IMG/VR virus record: IMGVR_UViG_3300010047_000008
Coordinates: 1 to 33,311 of that record
Source: a virus
Lineage: Duplodnaviria; Caudoviricetes
Length of the DNA stretch: 33,311 nt
Direction: 5' to 3' (one strand)
A program made the position numbers and the translations under genes. The notes under the pieces are model-generated. The model was not told the origin of the DNA. It did no database searches and saw nothing but the letters and a program-made list of their open reading frames with translations. How positions within the stretch are numbered: position 1 is the stretch's first letter; each line of letters starts with the position of its first letter. Positions 11,066 through 19,321 of the stretch are shown in pieces.

Positions 11066-12571
11066 CTAGCTCTGCGTGCGGAACGCCAGATCGAACGGGT
11101 CCGGCACCGGGTCGGTCACATCCTGGTCCCCGAACTGTCCGCCGCAGTCCCCCTGCCGGGAGAATGTGCGGACCCCGGCCATCGCGTCGATGAACTGGCC
11201 CGAGATGTTGCGCCGGGCGATGGCGAGCCAGTGATCCAGACGACCCATTCCCGTATACCCCTTTGTCAGGAAGTCCTGCGGGTCGAGCACCGTCCACGAC
11301 ACTCCTTGGCGGGTGATCGACTGGACCCGCTCCGGCAGCGAGCACGCCTTGTTGGCTGCGGCCTTGGCGTACTCGCAGGCCAGCCAGCCGACGATCGCGG
11401 ACGTGCCCGGCGGCAGGTTGTTGTCGATCGCGTAGGTGATTCGGAACACGTTGCCGTCGCAGCCGCACATGAACGTGCGCGGCATGAACTGGCCGATGGA
11501 GCCGGTGCCGGGCGCGCAGCAGAACGAGATGACGTTGACCGCTTCGAGGCACCAGTCGTTCCACGGGTCGGCGTCGGTGCCGCAGTGATGCACCCGTTCG
11601 ACCGACTTGATGAACTCGACCGGGCCGCGCCGCAACCGGATCTTGCAGCCGGTCAGCCGGTAATCCTCCATCCAACACTGCTCGCCGTGGAACGCCCCGT
11701 TGGTGAGTGACCACACCACCCACGACGCCTGGGCGATGGCGTCTTCGAGAATCTTCTGCTCAGCCGCCGCTTGGTCGTCCCGCTCCCAGTAGACGACTTC
11801 GGTGAAGTCCCCGGCCTGATGCCGGTGCATGAACATCCCGTCGGGGTATACGGAGGCGAGGGTGAACCCGGAACGGCCGTCGGGCAGCGCGGCGACGCCG
11901 ACGGTGTACTGGATGGCGAGCGTCCCGTTGACCAGCACCCGGATCAGTCCGGCCTGCATCTCGAAGCGGACCACCATGTTCTCGGTCCAGTTCGCCGCGG
12001 CCTGCGGGGCGACCGGTGACCCGGCCCGGTTGAGGGTGATGTAGTCGGCGGTGATCTCGACGGACCATCCGCTGTTCGGCCCGCCGCCAGCCGTGACCGA
12101 GTCGAGCAGCACGACCCGCACGAACGTCGAGATGTCCTTGGCGGTGACCTCCCACTCGGCCCAATGCTCCCCGACGAGGACACCGTTGCGGGCTGCGCCG
12201 CCGGTCCAGTTTCCAGACCCGTCGGCCAGTCCGATGGCGTTGCCCTGCCCGTCGAGGATCGGCATCTGCTCGCCGGGCAGGATGCCGTAGCCGAGCGCGG
12301 TCAGCGGTGTCCCGGCCTGCCCGTCGAACGGTTCATCGAACAGCACGTTGAAGGCGGTGGTGGACACCGCCGGGTTCAGCCCGAGCGGCACATCCTGGGT
12401 AGCGCGGTATACGAATCCGTCGGCGGCGTACACGAGATCGTCGGTCTTGTAGGCGGTGATCTCGTTCCAGGTGGTGATCTTGTGGTAGGTGAACTCGGGG
12501 CAGGTGGCGGCGACGACTTCGGGGTCGGCCCACAGTTCCTCGAACTGGACGGGGGTGACGACCGTGGTCAC
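11066..12571 (-). CDS. Head-to-tail adaptor with inserted carbohydrate-binding-like domains
   Basis: C-terminal LACEYAKA...[26 protein letters not shown]...TG...D.WL is typical of actinophage adaptors; N-terminal half carries W...Y..DD.V...GFVYRA (CBM5/12-like) and a beta-rich ConA-like segment. Confidence 0.75.
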   Translation of the reverse strand: MTTVVTPVQFEELWADPEVVAATCPEFTYHKITTWNEITAYKTDDLVYAADGFVYRATQDVPLGLNPAVSTTAFNVLFDEPFDGQAGTPLTALGYGILPGEQMPILDGQGNAIGLADGSGNWTGGAARNGVLVGEHWAEWEVTAKDISTFVRVVLLDSVTAGGGPNSGWSVEITADYITLNRAGSPVAPQAAANWTENMVVRFEMQAGLIRVLVNGTLAIQYTVGVAALPDGRSGFTLASVYPDGMFMHRHQAGDFTEVVYWERDDQAAAEQKILEDAIAQASWVVWSLTNGAFHGEQCWMEDYRLTGCKIRLRRGPVEFIKSVERVHHCGTDADPWNDWCLEAVNVISFCCAPGTGSIGQFMPRTFMCGCDGNVFRITYAIDNNLPPGTSAIVGWLACEYAKAAANKACSLPERVQSITRQGVSWTVLDPQDFLTKGYTGMGRLDHWLAIARRNISGQFIDAMAGVRTFSRQGDCGGQFGDQDVTDPVPDPFDLAFRTQS

Positions 12572-12579
12572 GGCCGGTC

Positions 12580-12613
12580 ACGCTAGTTGCCAGGGGTGCT
12601 CCGACCTGGGGAA
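12580..12613 (-). promoter_or_regulatory. Putative late promoter, leaderless transcript
   Basis: Minus strand TTCCCCAGGTC-N17-TAGCGT-N8-GTG; same geometry as 32884-32917. Confidence 0.55.
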
Positions 12614-12622
12614 ACTGGTGGC

Positions 12623-13081
12623 ATGGCCGATGTCGTGTTCGTGATCCACCCGGCGGCGTTCCAGAAGTTGACGAAGTTCCGCACCGGGGAGGTCGGCCAG
12701 TACATCGAGCGGGTCACGAAGGTCGTCCACGTGGCGATCAAGGAGCAGGCTCCGGCCCCGGGGAAGCCGCCGATCAACCGGACGTTCATCAACTACGCCA
12801 CCGGCCGGTTGGAGGACTCGATCCACTTCGACGTGGTGGCGAACGGCGCGGAGGAAGTGACCGGGATCGTCGGGGTCGGGGAGGCGCACGCCAGGTACGT
12901 GATCCACGGCACGGTGCCGCACGTGATCAAGCCGAAGTCACCCGGCGGGGTGCTCTATTTCTTCTGGCACAAGAAGGGACGGTTCGCTGCGTTCAAGCAT
13001 GTGAACCATCCGGGGACGATGGCGAACGACTTCATGACCCGCGGCTTCATCGCCGGGTGCGCCCTGTTCGGGATCCGCTAG
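12623..13081 (+). CDS. HK97 gp10-like neck/tail-completion protein
   Basis: AP...TGRLEDSI...ARYVIHGT.PH.I.PK....L.F......F.K.VNHPGT.AN.F pattern; ATG at 12623 preferred. Confidence 0.8.
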   Translation: MADVVFVIHPAAFQKLTKFRTGEVGQYIERVTKVVHVAIKEQAPAPGKPPINRTFINYATGRLEDSIHFDVVANGAEEVTGIVGVGEAHARYVIHGTVPHVIKPKSPGGVLYFFWHKKGRFAAFKHVNHPGTMANDFMTRGFIAGCALFGIR

Positions 13082-13548
13082 TCGTAGTCCCAGCCGTAGT
13101 GGTCGGGGTGGGCTTCCTTCCACCCCGTGCGATGGGCGTGGGAACCGTGAGCGGGGATCAGCCGTTCGAGCCACGGCACGGCCTCCCACAGCTTGTGGGC
13201 GCATTCGTGGCAGATCACGACCTCGTAGTCGGGGTGGCCGGGCAGCGTCCGGTCCTCGTCGTAGGTCGGCACGTAGTCGGGGTCATCGAGCAGCGTGGGG
13301 TTGCCGTGCTCGTCCTCGCCCTTCACGAAGTCGCAGTACAGGCCGTACCCGTCGCGCTCGTCGGAGTTGCGCAGCCAGCGTTCGTCGGTGTTGTTGGGCC
13401 ACTTGGCCGGGATGTTGTCCACCCACATGCCGTAGCCGCCGAACAGGCCGATCCACAGTGCGTTGTCGAACTGGTAGGTGCATTCCTCGTCGCGGCCGTC
13501 GTAGTAGCTGTCGGCCACCAGTTCAGCGCCGCAGGCGTAGCAGTTCAT
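13078..13548 (-). CDS. Hypothetical protein, Cys-rich (CxxC ... CxxC)
   Basis: MNCYACG...GGYGMWVD...ICHECAH; ATGA overlap at 13545-13548. Confidence 0.7.
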   Translation of the reverse strand: MNCYACGAELVADSYYDGRDEECTYQFDNALWIGLFGGYGMWVDNIPAKWPNNTDERWLRNSDERDGYGLYCDFVKGEDEHGNPTLLDDPDYVPTYDEDRTLPGHPDYEVVICHECAHKLWEAVPWLERLIPAHGSHAHRTGWKEAHPDHYGWDYD

Positions 13549-13826
13549 CCGACCTGAACCCAGCCGGTGTGCTTGCCTTCGGACAGGCCGATGATCCGCA
13601 GCCCGGTCTCCCCGTTGAGCAGTTCCCGCAGCGACGAGTCGTCGTGCAACGCGTACACGGTGTCCGTCGAGCCGTCGGCGTAGAGGACGGTGTACTCGAA
13701 GATCGGATATTCGAGCACACCGTCCTCGGCCCGTCGCACCCGGGGGAGTGGGAGCGCCGGGACTGCCCGGCCCCGGCCACGTGTGGTGGCCGGTTTCTTG
13801 GCGGGGGTCTTGGCCGGGGTGGTCAT
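13545..13826 (-). CDS. Hypothetical protein with basic N-terminus
   Basis: MTTPAKTPAKKPATTRGR...; ATGA overlaps at both ends. Confidence 0.65.
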   Translation of the reverse strand: MTTPAKTPAKKPATTRGRGRAVPALPLPRVRRAEDGVLEYPIFEYTVLYADGSTDTVYALHDDSSLRELLNGETGLRIIGLSEGKHTGWVQVG

Positions 13827-14080
13827 GGTGGACACGCGGCGGCTTGGAGGACGGCGCGCAGTTCTTCGTTGGTCCGTTCGGTCTTGGTGTTCGGCTCCGG
13901 GTGAACCGTCGGGTCGGCCCCGACGGACCAGCCGCGTTCGTTGACCAGCACGACGGTGCCGGGGCAGAGGTTGTCGTACTCCAAGTACGGCTCCAACGAC
14001 GAACGGGTCGCCGGGGCGCTCGCACCACCGCAGCCGACGAGTGCCACGGCGGCGGCGAGGGCGACGAGCAGCCGCCTCAC
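13823..14080 (-). CDS. Small lipoprotein
   Basis: VRRLLVALAAAVALVG-C lipobox; GTGA overlap. Confidence 0.65.
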   Translation of the reverse strand: MRRLLVALAAAVALVGCGGASAPATRSSLEPYLEYDNLCPGTVVLVNERGWSVGADPTVHPEPNTKTERTNEELRAVLQAAACPP

Positions 14081-14430
14081 TGCGGCACCCCGTATTTCTC
14101 GTCCAGTTCCTCGGCGTGCTGGACCCGCCACAGGGCGGACCAGCAGGCCAGCATCGCCTCGTAGAAGTCGTCGTCGTCACCGGCCACGGCCTCTTTCACG
14201 TGGGACGTGTAGTCCATGTCGCGCAGCGAACGGATGACGTGCCACGCCACCGTGGCCCACGGCACGTCGGCGTGCCAGCGGTAGTCGCCGTCGGTGACCT
14301 CGATGATTTCGGCGTCGGGGAACGCTGCTCTCAGGTGCTCCCGCTTGCGGGCGCGGACCCGGCGCAGCTTCGGGTCGGTGTCGTGGGCGACCACCGAGAG
14401 GAAGCCGCCCTCTTTCGTGAAGATCCACAT
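14077..14430 (-). CDS. Conserved phage hypothetical protein
   Basis: MWIFT..GF.SVV...VRAR...HL...FP...DY pattern recurrent in phages; AGGAG RBS. Confidence 0.75.
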   Translation of the reverse strand: MWIFTKEGGFLSVVAHDTDPKLRRVRARKREHLRAAFPDAEIIEVTDGDYRWHADVPWATVAWHVIRSLRDMDYTSHVKEAVAGDDDDFYEAMLACWSALWRVQHAEELDEKYGVPQ

Positions 14431-14469
14431 CTTCGTTCTCCTGTCTGTGTCTAGTTCTTGCGGTATACG

Positions 14470-16443
14470 TTATCGGATGTTCGCCTTGACCGCTTCCAGC
14501 GTGGCAGCGTTGAGCCGGTCGAACCCGACCGTCCCGTACCGGCCGGTCTCCGTCGTCGGCTGGACGATGGTCACGTTGTCCAGGTGCAGATCCTTGATCC
14601 AGCCAGTGCCCTCGTCGTACGCCGACGAACCGACCCACAGCACGTGAGTCCCGGCCCGGGTGAAGTCCCGCAGCCACAGTTCGACTTTCTCCTGTTCCTC
14701 GTACTTGACGAGGTAGGCGTCGGACACGACGATCAGGATCCGGGCGGCGTAGCTGGGCGTGGACAGATGCAACGCTCCGTCGAGCGCGGCCAGCGCCAGG
14801 TCGCATTCCTCCGTGCCGTCGTCGGCGGGAACGCCCCGCACCACGGACAGGATCTCTCCCGGCCGGGCGATGGACTTGACGTTGTCCCCGAACGTGACCG
14901 CCGCCGTGCGAGCACCGATCTTGTGTCCAGCGTTCGTCCACACGTAGGCGAAGTCCGCCACCGTCTGCTCAGCCCACTTCATCGAAGCGGACGTGTCGGT
15001 GGCGATCCCGACGACGAGCGGACGGGCCGTCGAGTGGCGACGGACGGTCCCGCGCCACGGTTCGGCGCTCACCATGCGGCCCTGTGCCCGCTCTGCGGAC
15101 GCCCGCACTGCCTCCCGGGAACGGAGACGACCGGGAGGCAGTACGGAGGGGCGGGCGACCTTGCTGATCGCCGGGAGCGACAGTTCCGACAGCACCTTGC
15201 TCGTTTCGGCCACCGCCTTGCGGTGACGCTGCTTCGGTTCCTGCTCGAAGATCGTGGTGGACTTCCGCTTGTTGCCGAACACCCGGTGGGCGGCGTCCAT
15301 CGACTTCCACCGAACCGGGATGTACTCGACCTTGTTCCAGTCTTCGGACAGCGTTTCCTCCAAGTGCTTCAACGCGGCGTCGGTCAGTTCTTTCGCCTCG
15401 CTGACAAGATCACCGGAGTCGTCGTCGTCGTCGGACGGCTTCGAGTCGATGGACCCCTTCTCGCCCAGCCCCCAATCGGAGCCGGGGTCGCCGGAGTCGG
15501 TGTCGTCGTGCTTCGAGCGGTCGCCCTCGTCGGTGGACTCGTCGCCGGACTTGTCGCCCGGCTCGCTGTCGTCGGAACCGGAGTCGTCGTCGTCGGACTC
15601 GTCTTCCTCATCCTCGTCGGACTTATCGCCGCCGTCGCCGCCCGGCTCGCCGCCCCCCTTGCCGGTGCCCTTGCCCTTGCCACGGCCACGTGCGCCGGTC
15701 CCGTCCGGCTCCCCGTCGCAGGAGTCGTCACCGTCGGAGGTTTCTTCCCCGACCAGTTCGACCCACTCATCGCAGATCTCGATCAGGCGGACGGTGTCGC
15801 GGGGCAGCACCAGGGTGACCGTCTCTTGCAGCAGATCCATCAGCGCATCGACGGTGTCGTCGCCCAGCAGGACGCGGGCGGCGTCGTCCATCGGCTTCGT
15901 CTCGGCCATCGTGGCAATCCCGGCCAGGGTGCGGCCCTGGACGAGCGCCCAGGCCCGGGCCACGGTCGGCTTCGACGTGGTGTCGAACGAGCGGATGCCT
16001 TTGAGGACGATGGTGAAGCTCGCCCGCAGCCCGGACCGGCCACGTGGATACCGGCGGATGGCGTGGTTCTCGACCCGCACTTCCTCCAAGGTGGTGAGCA
16101 GATCCCCGTGGTGGGGAGCCAGCTTCTCGGCGTCGCGCAGCGCCTCAGAGATCGCGGCGTGCGACGCCTCGTGGGCCAGCAGCCCCTCGGACTTCGCCCA
16201 ATCGAACCCGGTGCCGTGGTCGGCCACGTTGTCGGTGTTGATCCCGGCCTCGTCGGCGTGGATGTAGATGTCGCCGGTCTGCGGCACGTACCAGGCGGGG
16301 GCCGGAGGGTCGGACACGTCTTCGGTGCCGACGTACCGGGCGACCGGGGTGCGGTCGTTGGCGATGACGTTGAGCGAGGGCTGGGCGTTGAGCCTGATGC
16401 TCGCCTTGTTGTGGGTTGCGTTCTTGCTGGTGATCACGTTCAT
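14470..16443 (-). CDS. Metallopeptidase-like + acidic linker + VWA domain protein (CobT/NorD-like MoxR partner)
   Basis: HEASH and EEVRVE zincin motifs, D/E/S/G-rich linker, MIDAS DTSAS...T...VVSD. Confidence 0.85.
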   Translation of the reverse strand: MNVITSKNATHNKASIRLNAQPSLNVIANDRTPVARYVGTEDVSDPPAPAWYVPQTGDIYIHADEAGINTDNVADHGTGFDWAKSEGLLAHEASHAAISEALRDAEKLAPHHGDLLTTLEEVRVENHAIRRYPRGRSGLRASFTIVLKGIRSFDTTSKPTVARAWALVQGRTLAGIATMAETKPMDDAARVLLGDDTVDALMDLLQETVTLVLPRDTVRLIEICDEWVELVGEETSDGDDSCDGEPDGTGARGRGKGKGTGKGGGEPGGDGGDKSDEDEEDESDDDDSGSDDSEPGDKSGDESTDEGDRSKHDDTDSGDPGSDWGLGEKGSIDSKPSDDDDDSGDLVSEAKELTDAALKHLEETLSEDWNKVEYIPVRWKSMDAAHRVFGNKRKSTTIFEQEPKQRHRKAVAETSKVLSELSLPAISKVARPSVLPPGRLRSREAVRASAERAQGRMVSAEPWRGTVRRHSTARPLVVGIATDTSASMKWAEQTVADFAYVWTNAGHKIGARTAAVTFGDNVKSIARPGEILSVVRGVPADDGTEECDLALAALDGALHLSTPSYAARILIVVSDAYLVKYEEQEKVELWLRDFTRAGTHVLWVGSSAYDEGTGWIKDLHLDNVTIVQPTTETGRYGTVGFDRLNAATLEAVKANIR

Positions 16444-16472
16444 GTCTAGGTCTCCGTTTACAGTTTACCGCT

Positions 16473-17042
16473 TCACAGCGGGAAGTTGATGGGCCAGGTC
16501 TGCGAGTTATCGACCGGCTTCGTGAAGTCGTACTTGCCGAAGTCCCGCTCGATCCGGTACTGCCCACGGAAGCGGGCGGCGGGGATCTGATCGGCTTCGA
16601 CCTGACTCACGGAGTCGGCCTCCAACTCCACGAGCAGCGGACGGCCGAACAGCTTGATGCCGGGCCGGTTGAGCACGCCGTCGAGGAAGGTCAGCACCTT
16701 CTCCAACGAATCGACTCGCTTGTGCCGCCAGTTGGCCTTCGTCGCCCCCTTCGGGCGGGCCGACGCGTACAGGTTGGGGCCGACGACGAAGTACCGGGTG
16801 TGCGACTCGGCCCCCGGGGTCTCGTTGACGACTTCGAGGTACAGGCCGTAGCTGCCGGTGCCCTCCGTGCCCCTCGCCTTGACGACGAACGGCCGCAGGG
16901 TGGACTTCGCCCGGATGCGCCGGACGTTGTTGGCGACGGTGTCGGCGGTCATTGCCCGCTGGACGAGTCCGTTGCCGGTGATTCGGGTCAGCGGCTCACC
17001 GGGGCTTGCGCTCTCGGCGGCCGGTGTCTCGGTGGTGGTCAT
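16473..17042 (-). CDS. Hypothetical protein between the AAA+ and VWA genes
   Basis: 189 aa, GGAG RBS, protein-like composition. Confidence 0.75.
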   Translation of the reverse strand: MTTTETPAAESASPGEPLTRITGNGLVQRAMTADTVANNVRRIRAKSTLRPFVVKARGTEGTGSYGLYLEVVNETPGAESHTRYFVVGPNLYASARPKGATKANWRHKRVDSLEKVLTFLDGVLNRPGIKLFGRPLLVELEADSVSQVEADQIPAARFRGQYRIERDFGKYDFTKPVDNSQTWPINFPL

Positions 17043-17070
17043 TTCATGTTCTCCAATGTCTGTGTCTTGT

Positions 17071-17085
17071 CGTTTACAGTATACA
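17071..17085 (-). promoter_or_regulatory. Repeated promoter/operator motif TGTATACTGTAAACG (copy 1)
   Basis: 15 bp identical to 18097-18111; contains TATACT -10-like hexamer; intergenic. Confidence 0.6.
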
Positions 17086-17098
17086 GGGCTGTCAAGGT

Positions 17099-18046
17099 TT
17101 ACAGCGCCAACGGCTTCGGCTTGTGACCGAACACCGCCTCGATGGCAGCCAGGGCAACCTCCCGGTTCTCCGGGCGGATCTGGCTGACGTAGTTGGACAG
17201 GGCCAGTTCCTCACCGAACTGCGCAGAGACGTTGCGGAACACGATCAGTTCCCGCAACTGCGGGGCCGCAGTGACCTCGCCGCGCTGGCACTTCTCGTTG
17301 AGGTTCCGGGTGACCTGCGTGATCTTCGGCGGGACGCCCAGCTTCGTCGCAATCGACCAGTCCGTCTTCATCTCGGCCTGGACGAAGAACCGGCTGAGCA
17401 GAGCGTCGCTCATCAGCGCGCCCGGCACGTCCGGGTTGCAGGCTCCGATGACGGCGAACCCGGGGGTCGGGTGGATCGAGCCACGTGCGGGGTTGGCTCC
17501 GACGATCAGTTCGTCGCGGCCGTCCATCACGCCGTACACGACGGCCATGATCCGGGGGTCGATCAGGGCGATCTCATCGACCAGCAGTTTCTTGCCTTCG
17601 ATCATCGCCCGCACCAGTGGGCCATCGACCCACAGGTAGGTGCCGTCGGGTTGCTGAACCCAGCTTCCCTCGAAATCGGCGCGCTCCGTCTCGATGCTCC
17701 CTTGCACGGTGATCGTGTCGGGGAACGCGGCCTCGACCAGTGCGGTCTTGCCGGTGCCGGGCGGGCCGTACAGCAGCACGTTCAGCCCGGAGTTGACGGA
17801 CGAACGAACGAACGTCACGTCCTGCATCTTCGTGGAGCCGACCATCAGGTAGCGGGGGACGTATTCCTCGCCATTGGGCCGGACGTACACCGCCTTCTCG
17901 TCGGCTTCGGCCAGCACGGCGTCAGCCGGGGCGATGGGGGTGATGACCGTCGGATCCCCGGTGGGGGTGACGGTGGTGAGGGACTCATACGACACGCCGT
18001 GGGCCAGTAGCGGCCACAGTGCGTCAGTGAGAGGGGTGGTTGTCAT
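17099..18046 (-). CDS. MoxR-family (CbbQ/NorQ/CobS-like) AAA+ ATPase
   Basis: LLYGPPGTGKT, WVDGPLVRAM, LLVDEI, F.VIGACNP, MSDALLSRF. Confidence 0.9.
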   Translation of the reverse strand: MTTTPLTDALWPLLAHGVSYESLTTVTPTGDPTVITPIAPADAVLAEADEKAVYVRPNGEEYVPRYLMVGSTKMQDVTFVRSSVNSGLNVLLYGPPGTGKTALVEAAFPDTITVQGSIETERADFEGSWVQQPDGTYLWVDGPLVRAMIEGKKLLVDEIALIDPRIMAVVYGVMDGRDELIVGANPARGSIHPTPGFAVIGACNPDVPGALMSDALLSRFFVQAEMKTDWSIATKLGVPPKITQVTRNLNEKCQRGEVTAAPQLRELIVFRNVSAQFGEELALSNYVSQIRPENREVALAAIEAVFGHKPKPLAL

Positions 18047-18096
18047 GTCTGTTGTCTCCGTTGTCTGTGTCTGAGTCTAGGTGGTGGGTGTCACAC

Positions 18097-18111
18097 CGTT
18101 TACAGTATACA
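18097..18111 (-). promoter_or_regulatory. Repeated promoter/operator motif TGTATACTGTAAACG (copy 2)
   Basis: Identical to 17071-17085; upstream of the AAA+ gene. Confidence 0.6.
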
Positions 18112-18130
18112 CCCGTAGTCAAGTGCCCGT

Positions 18131-18466
18131 TTACGGCATCATATCTTCGAGGTTGATCTTCTCGCCCCGGGCCTCGGCCTCGTCCATCCGCTTCGCCGCT
18201 TCGGCCCGGGCCGTCATGAACCGCACTCGCGGTCCCTCGACCCCCAGCCTGCGCAGCACCGTCTGGACCCACGGCGTCGAGCGGTACGCCGCCTTCGCGA
18301 TGTCCTGGTAGCGCTCGCCGTCATCGACGGCTTCGAGCACGGCCTTGTCCAGGTCGTAGGCGGCTTCGTTCATCTTCAACCGCAGCGCGCCGAGCGCCTG
18401 CGCCCGCTTGTGAACGGTGATGAGTGCCTCGGACCACGTGGGGTCGAGGGCTTCACTGGTTGTCAT
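18131..18466 (-). CDS. Putative helix-turn-helix DNA-binding protein
   Basis: AVLEAVDDGERYQDIAKAAYRSTPWVQTVL resembles an HTH; ATG at 18466 with AGGAG RBS. Confidence 0.6.
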   Translation of the reverse strand: MTTSEALDPTWSEALITVHKRAQALGALRLKMNEAAYDLDKAVLEAVDDGERYQDIAKAAYRSTPWVQTVLRRLGVEGPRVRFMTARAEAAKRMDEAEARGEKINLEDMMP

Positions 18467-18514
18467 GTCTGTGTCTCCTGGTCTGTGGTATACGGTGTTC
18501 ACTATACACCGGTA

Positions 18515-18637
18515 TCAGCGGAAGCGGCCAGGGCAATCCTTGTCGTGGATCGCCTTGACCTGCTTGATGGTCATCGTCTTCACGGTGACGCTGACGACGC
18601 CGCCGCACTTCTCGCAGCGGTAGCTGTCCTTACTCAT
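18515..18637 (-). CDS. 40-aa zinc-finger-like protein (not in ORF track)
   Basis: MSKDSYRCEKCGGVVSVTVKTMTIKQVKAIHDKDCPGRFR; AGGAG RBS; CxxC...HxxxC. Confidence 0.6.
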   Translation of the reverse strand: MSKDSYRCEKCGGVVSVTVKTMTIKQVKAIHDKDCPGRFR

Positions 18638-18863
18638 TGGTATCTCCTGTCTGGGTCTTGTCGATGATCGAGCGGCAGCGCTGGCATTGATCCAGGTGCA
18701 GCCACTCTGAGAACGGCCGGTGGCCTTCGGTCGCCAGCGTCCACCGCAGTCCGCAGCGGGACGTGTAGTAGGCGTGGCCGTAGATGTCGTCCCGGGTGTC
18801 GGGATCGGCAGCGTGGATCCGGCCGTGGGTGTGGCCCGCCTTGTAGACGGCGAGATCGTTCAT
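18630..18863 (-). CDS. Small His/Cys protein
   Basis: MNDLAVYKAG...H...CG...CQRC; ATGA overlap. Confidence 0.65.
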   Translation of the reverse strand: MNDLAVYKAGHTHGRIHAADPDTRDDIYGHAYYTSRCGLRWTLATEGHRPFSEWLHLDQCQRCRSIIDKTQTGDTNE

Positions 18864-19090
18864 GCGGCACCGTCCAGTTGGGCGACGAAGTCCACGATGT
18901 GCGGAGCCTTCCTCTGCCCGGTCCACTCGAAGTCGGGGTCGAACGTCGCCAGGTCGGCGTCGGTCAACTTGTCCCGGTGGATGACGCGGTGCCCGTTGCG
19001 GGCGATCACCTTCCAGGTGAGACCGTGCCGGTAGGCGGTGACGGTCCACGTGGGATGGGGGATGGTCTGGATTGTCTGGTTCTGTGTCAC
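18860..19090 (-). CDS. Hypothetical protein, probably leaderless
   Basis: GTG 6 nt downstream of TGaTATACT extended -10. Confidence 0.6.
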   Translation of the reverse strand: MTQNQTIQTIPHPTWTVTAYRHGLTWKVIARNGHRVIHRDKLTDADLATFDPDFEWTGQRKAPHIVDFVAQLDGAA

Positions 19091-19113
19091 GAATACAGTA
19101 TATCACCGTATTC
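19091..19113 (-). promoter_or_regulatory. Extended -10 promoter inside an inverted repeat GAATAC-N11-GTATTC
   Basis: Plus strand gaatacagtatatcaccgtattc; minus strand TGATATACT. Confidence 0.55.
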
Positions 19114-19156
19114 AGGAAACACAACATGCCTGGTCAGAGGGGGTCAGACTTGGGGT

Positions 19157-19231
19157 GTGGCGGACGACCTCGCCGCGTTGGGACTGCTCGTCCTCGCGTT
19201 CGTGGTCGTCTGGGCTTTGCTGTTCCGCTAA
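19157..19231 (+). CDS. Possible 24-aa single-TM microprotein
   Basis: VADDLAALGLLVLAFVVVWALLFR; preceded by CAGACT-N6; followed by a hairpin. Confidence 0.35.
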   Translation: MADDLAALGLLVLAFVVVWALLFR

Positions 19232-19266
19232 ACCTTTCGGCCTGCGGGCGCGTCTATATGACGGTC

Positions 19267-19318
19267 CGGTTGGGCAGCGCGCAATACGGGCGGTACGGGC
19301 GGGCGCGCTGCCCGACCG
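19267..19318. terminator. Strong hairpin, probable (bidirectional) terminator
   Basis: CGGTTGGGCAGCGCGC ... GCGCGCTGCCCGACCG, 16-bp stem with one non-Watson-Crick pair, immediately after the stop at 19322. Confidence 0.7.
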
Positions 19319-19321
19319 TTC

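Noticed and set aside
8293-11193. 966-aa plus-strand ORF, and other long antisense ORFs such as 14458..16449, 5203..6795 and 30713..32029
   Set aside because: Shadow frames of high-GC genes; low-complexity Arg/Pro/Gly or His/Val-rich translations with no motifs or RBS.
17071-18123. TTGAC as a canonical -35 for TATACT, or a LexA SOS box
   Set aside because: TTGACN lies only 6-7 nt from TATACT rather than about 17; the motif matches neither the actinobacterial TCGAAC-N4-GTTCGA nor the full CTGT-N8-ACAG box.
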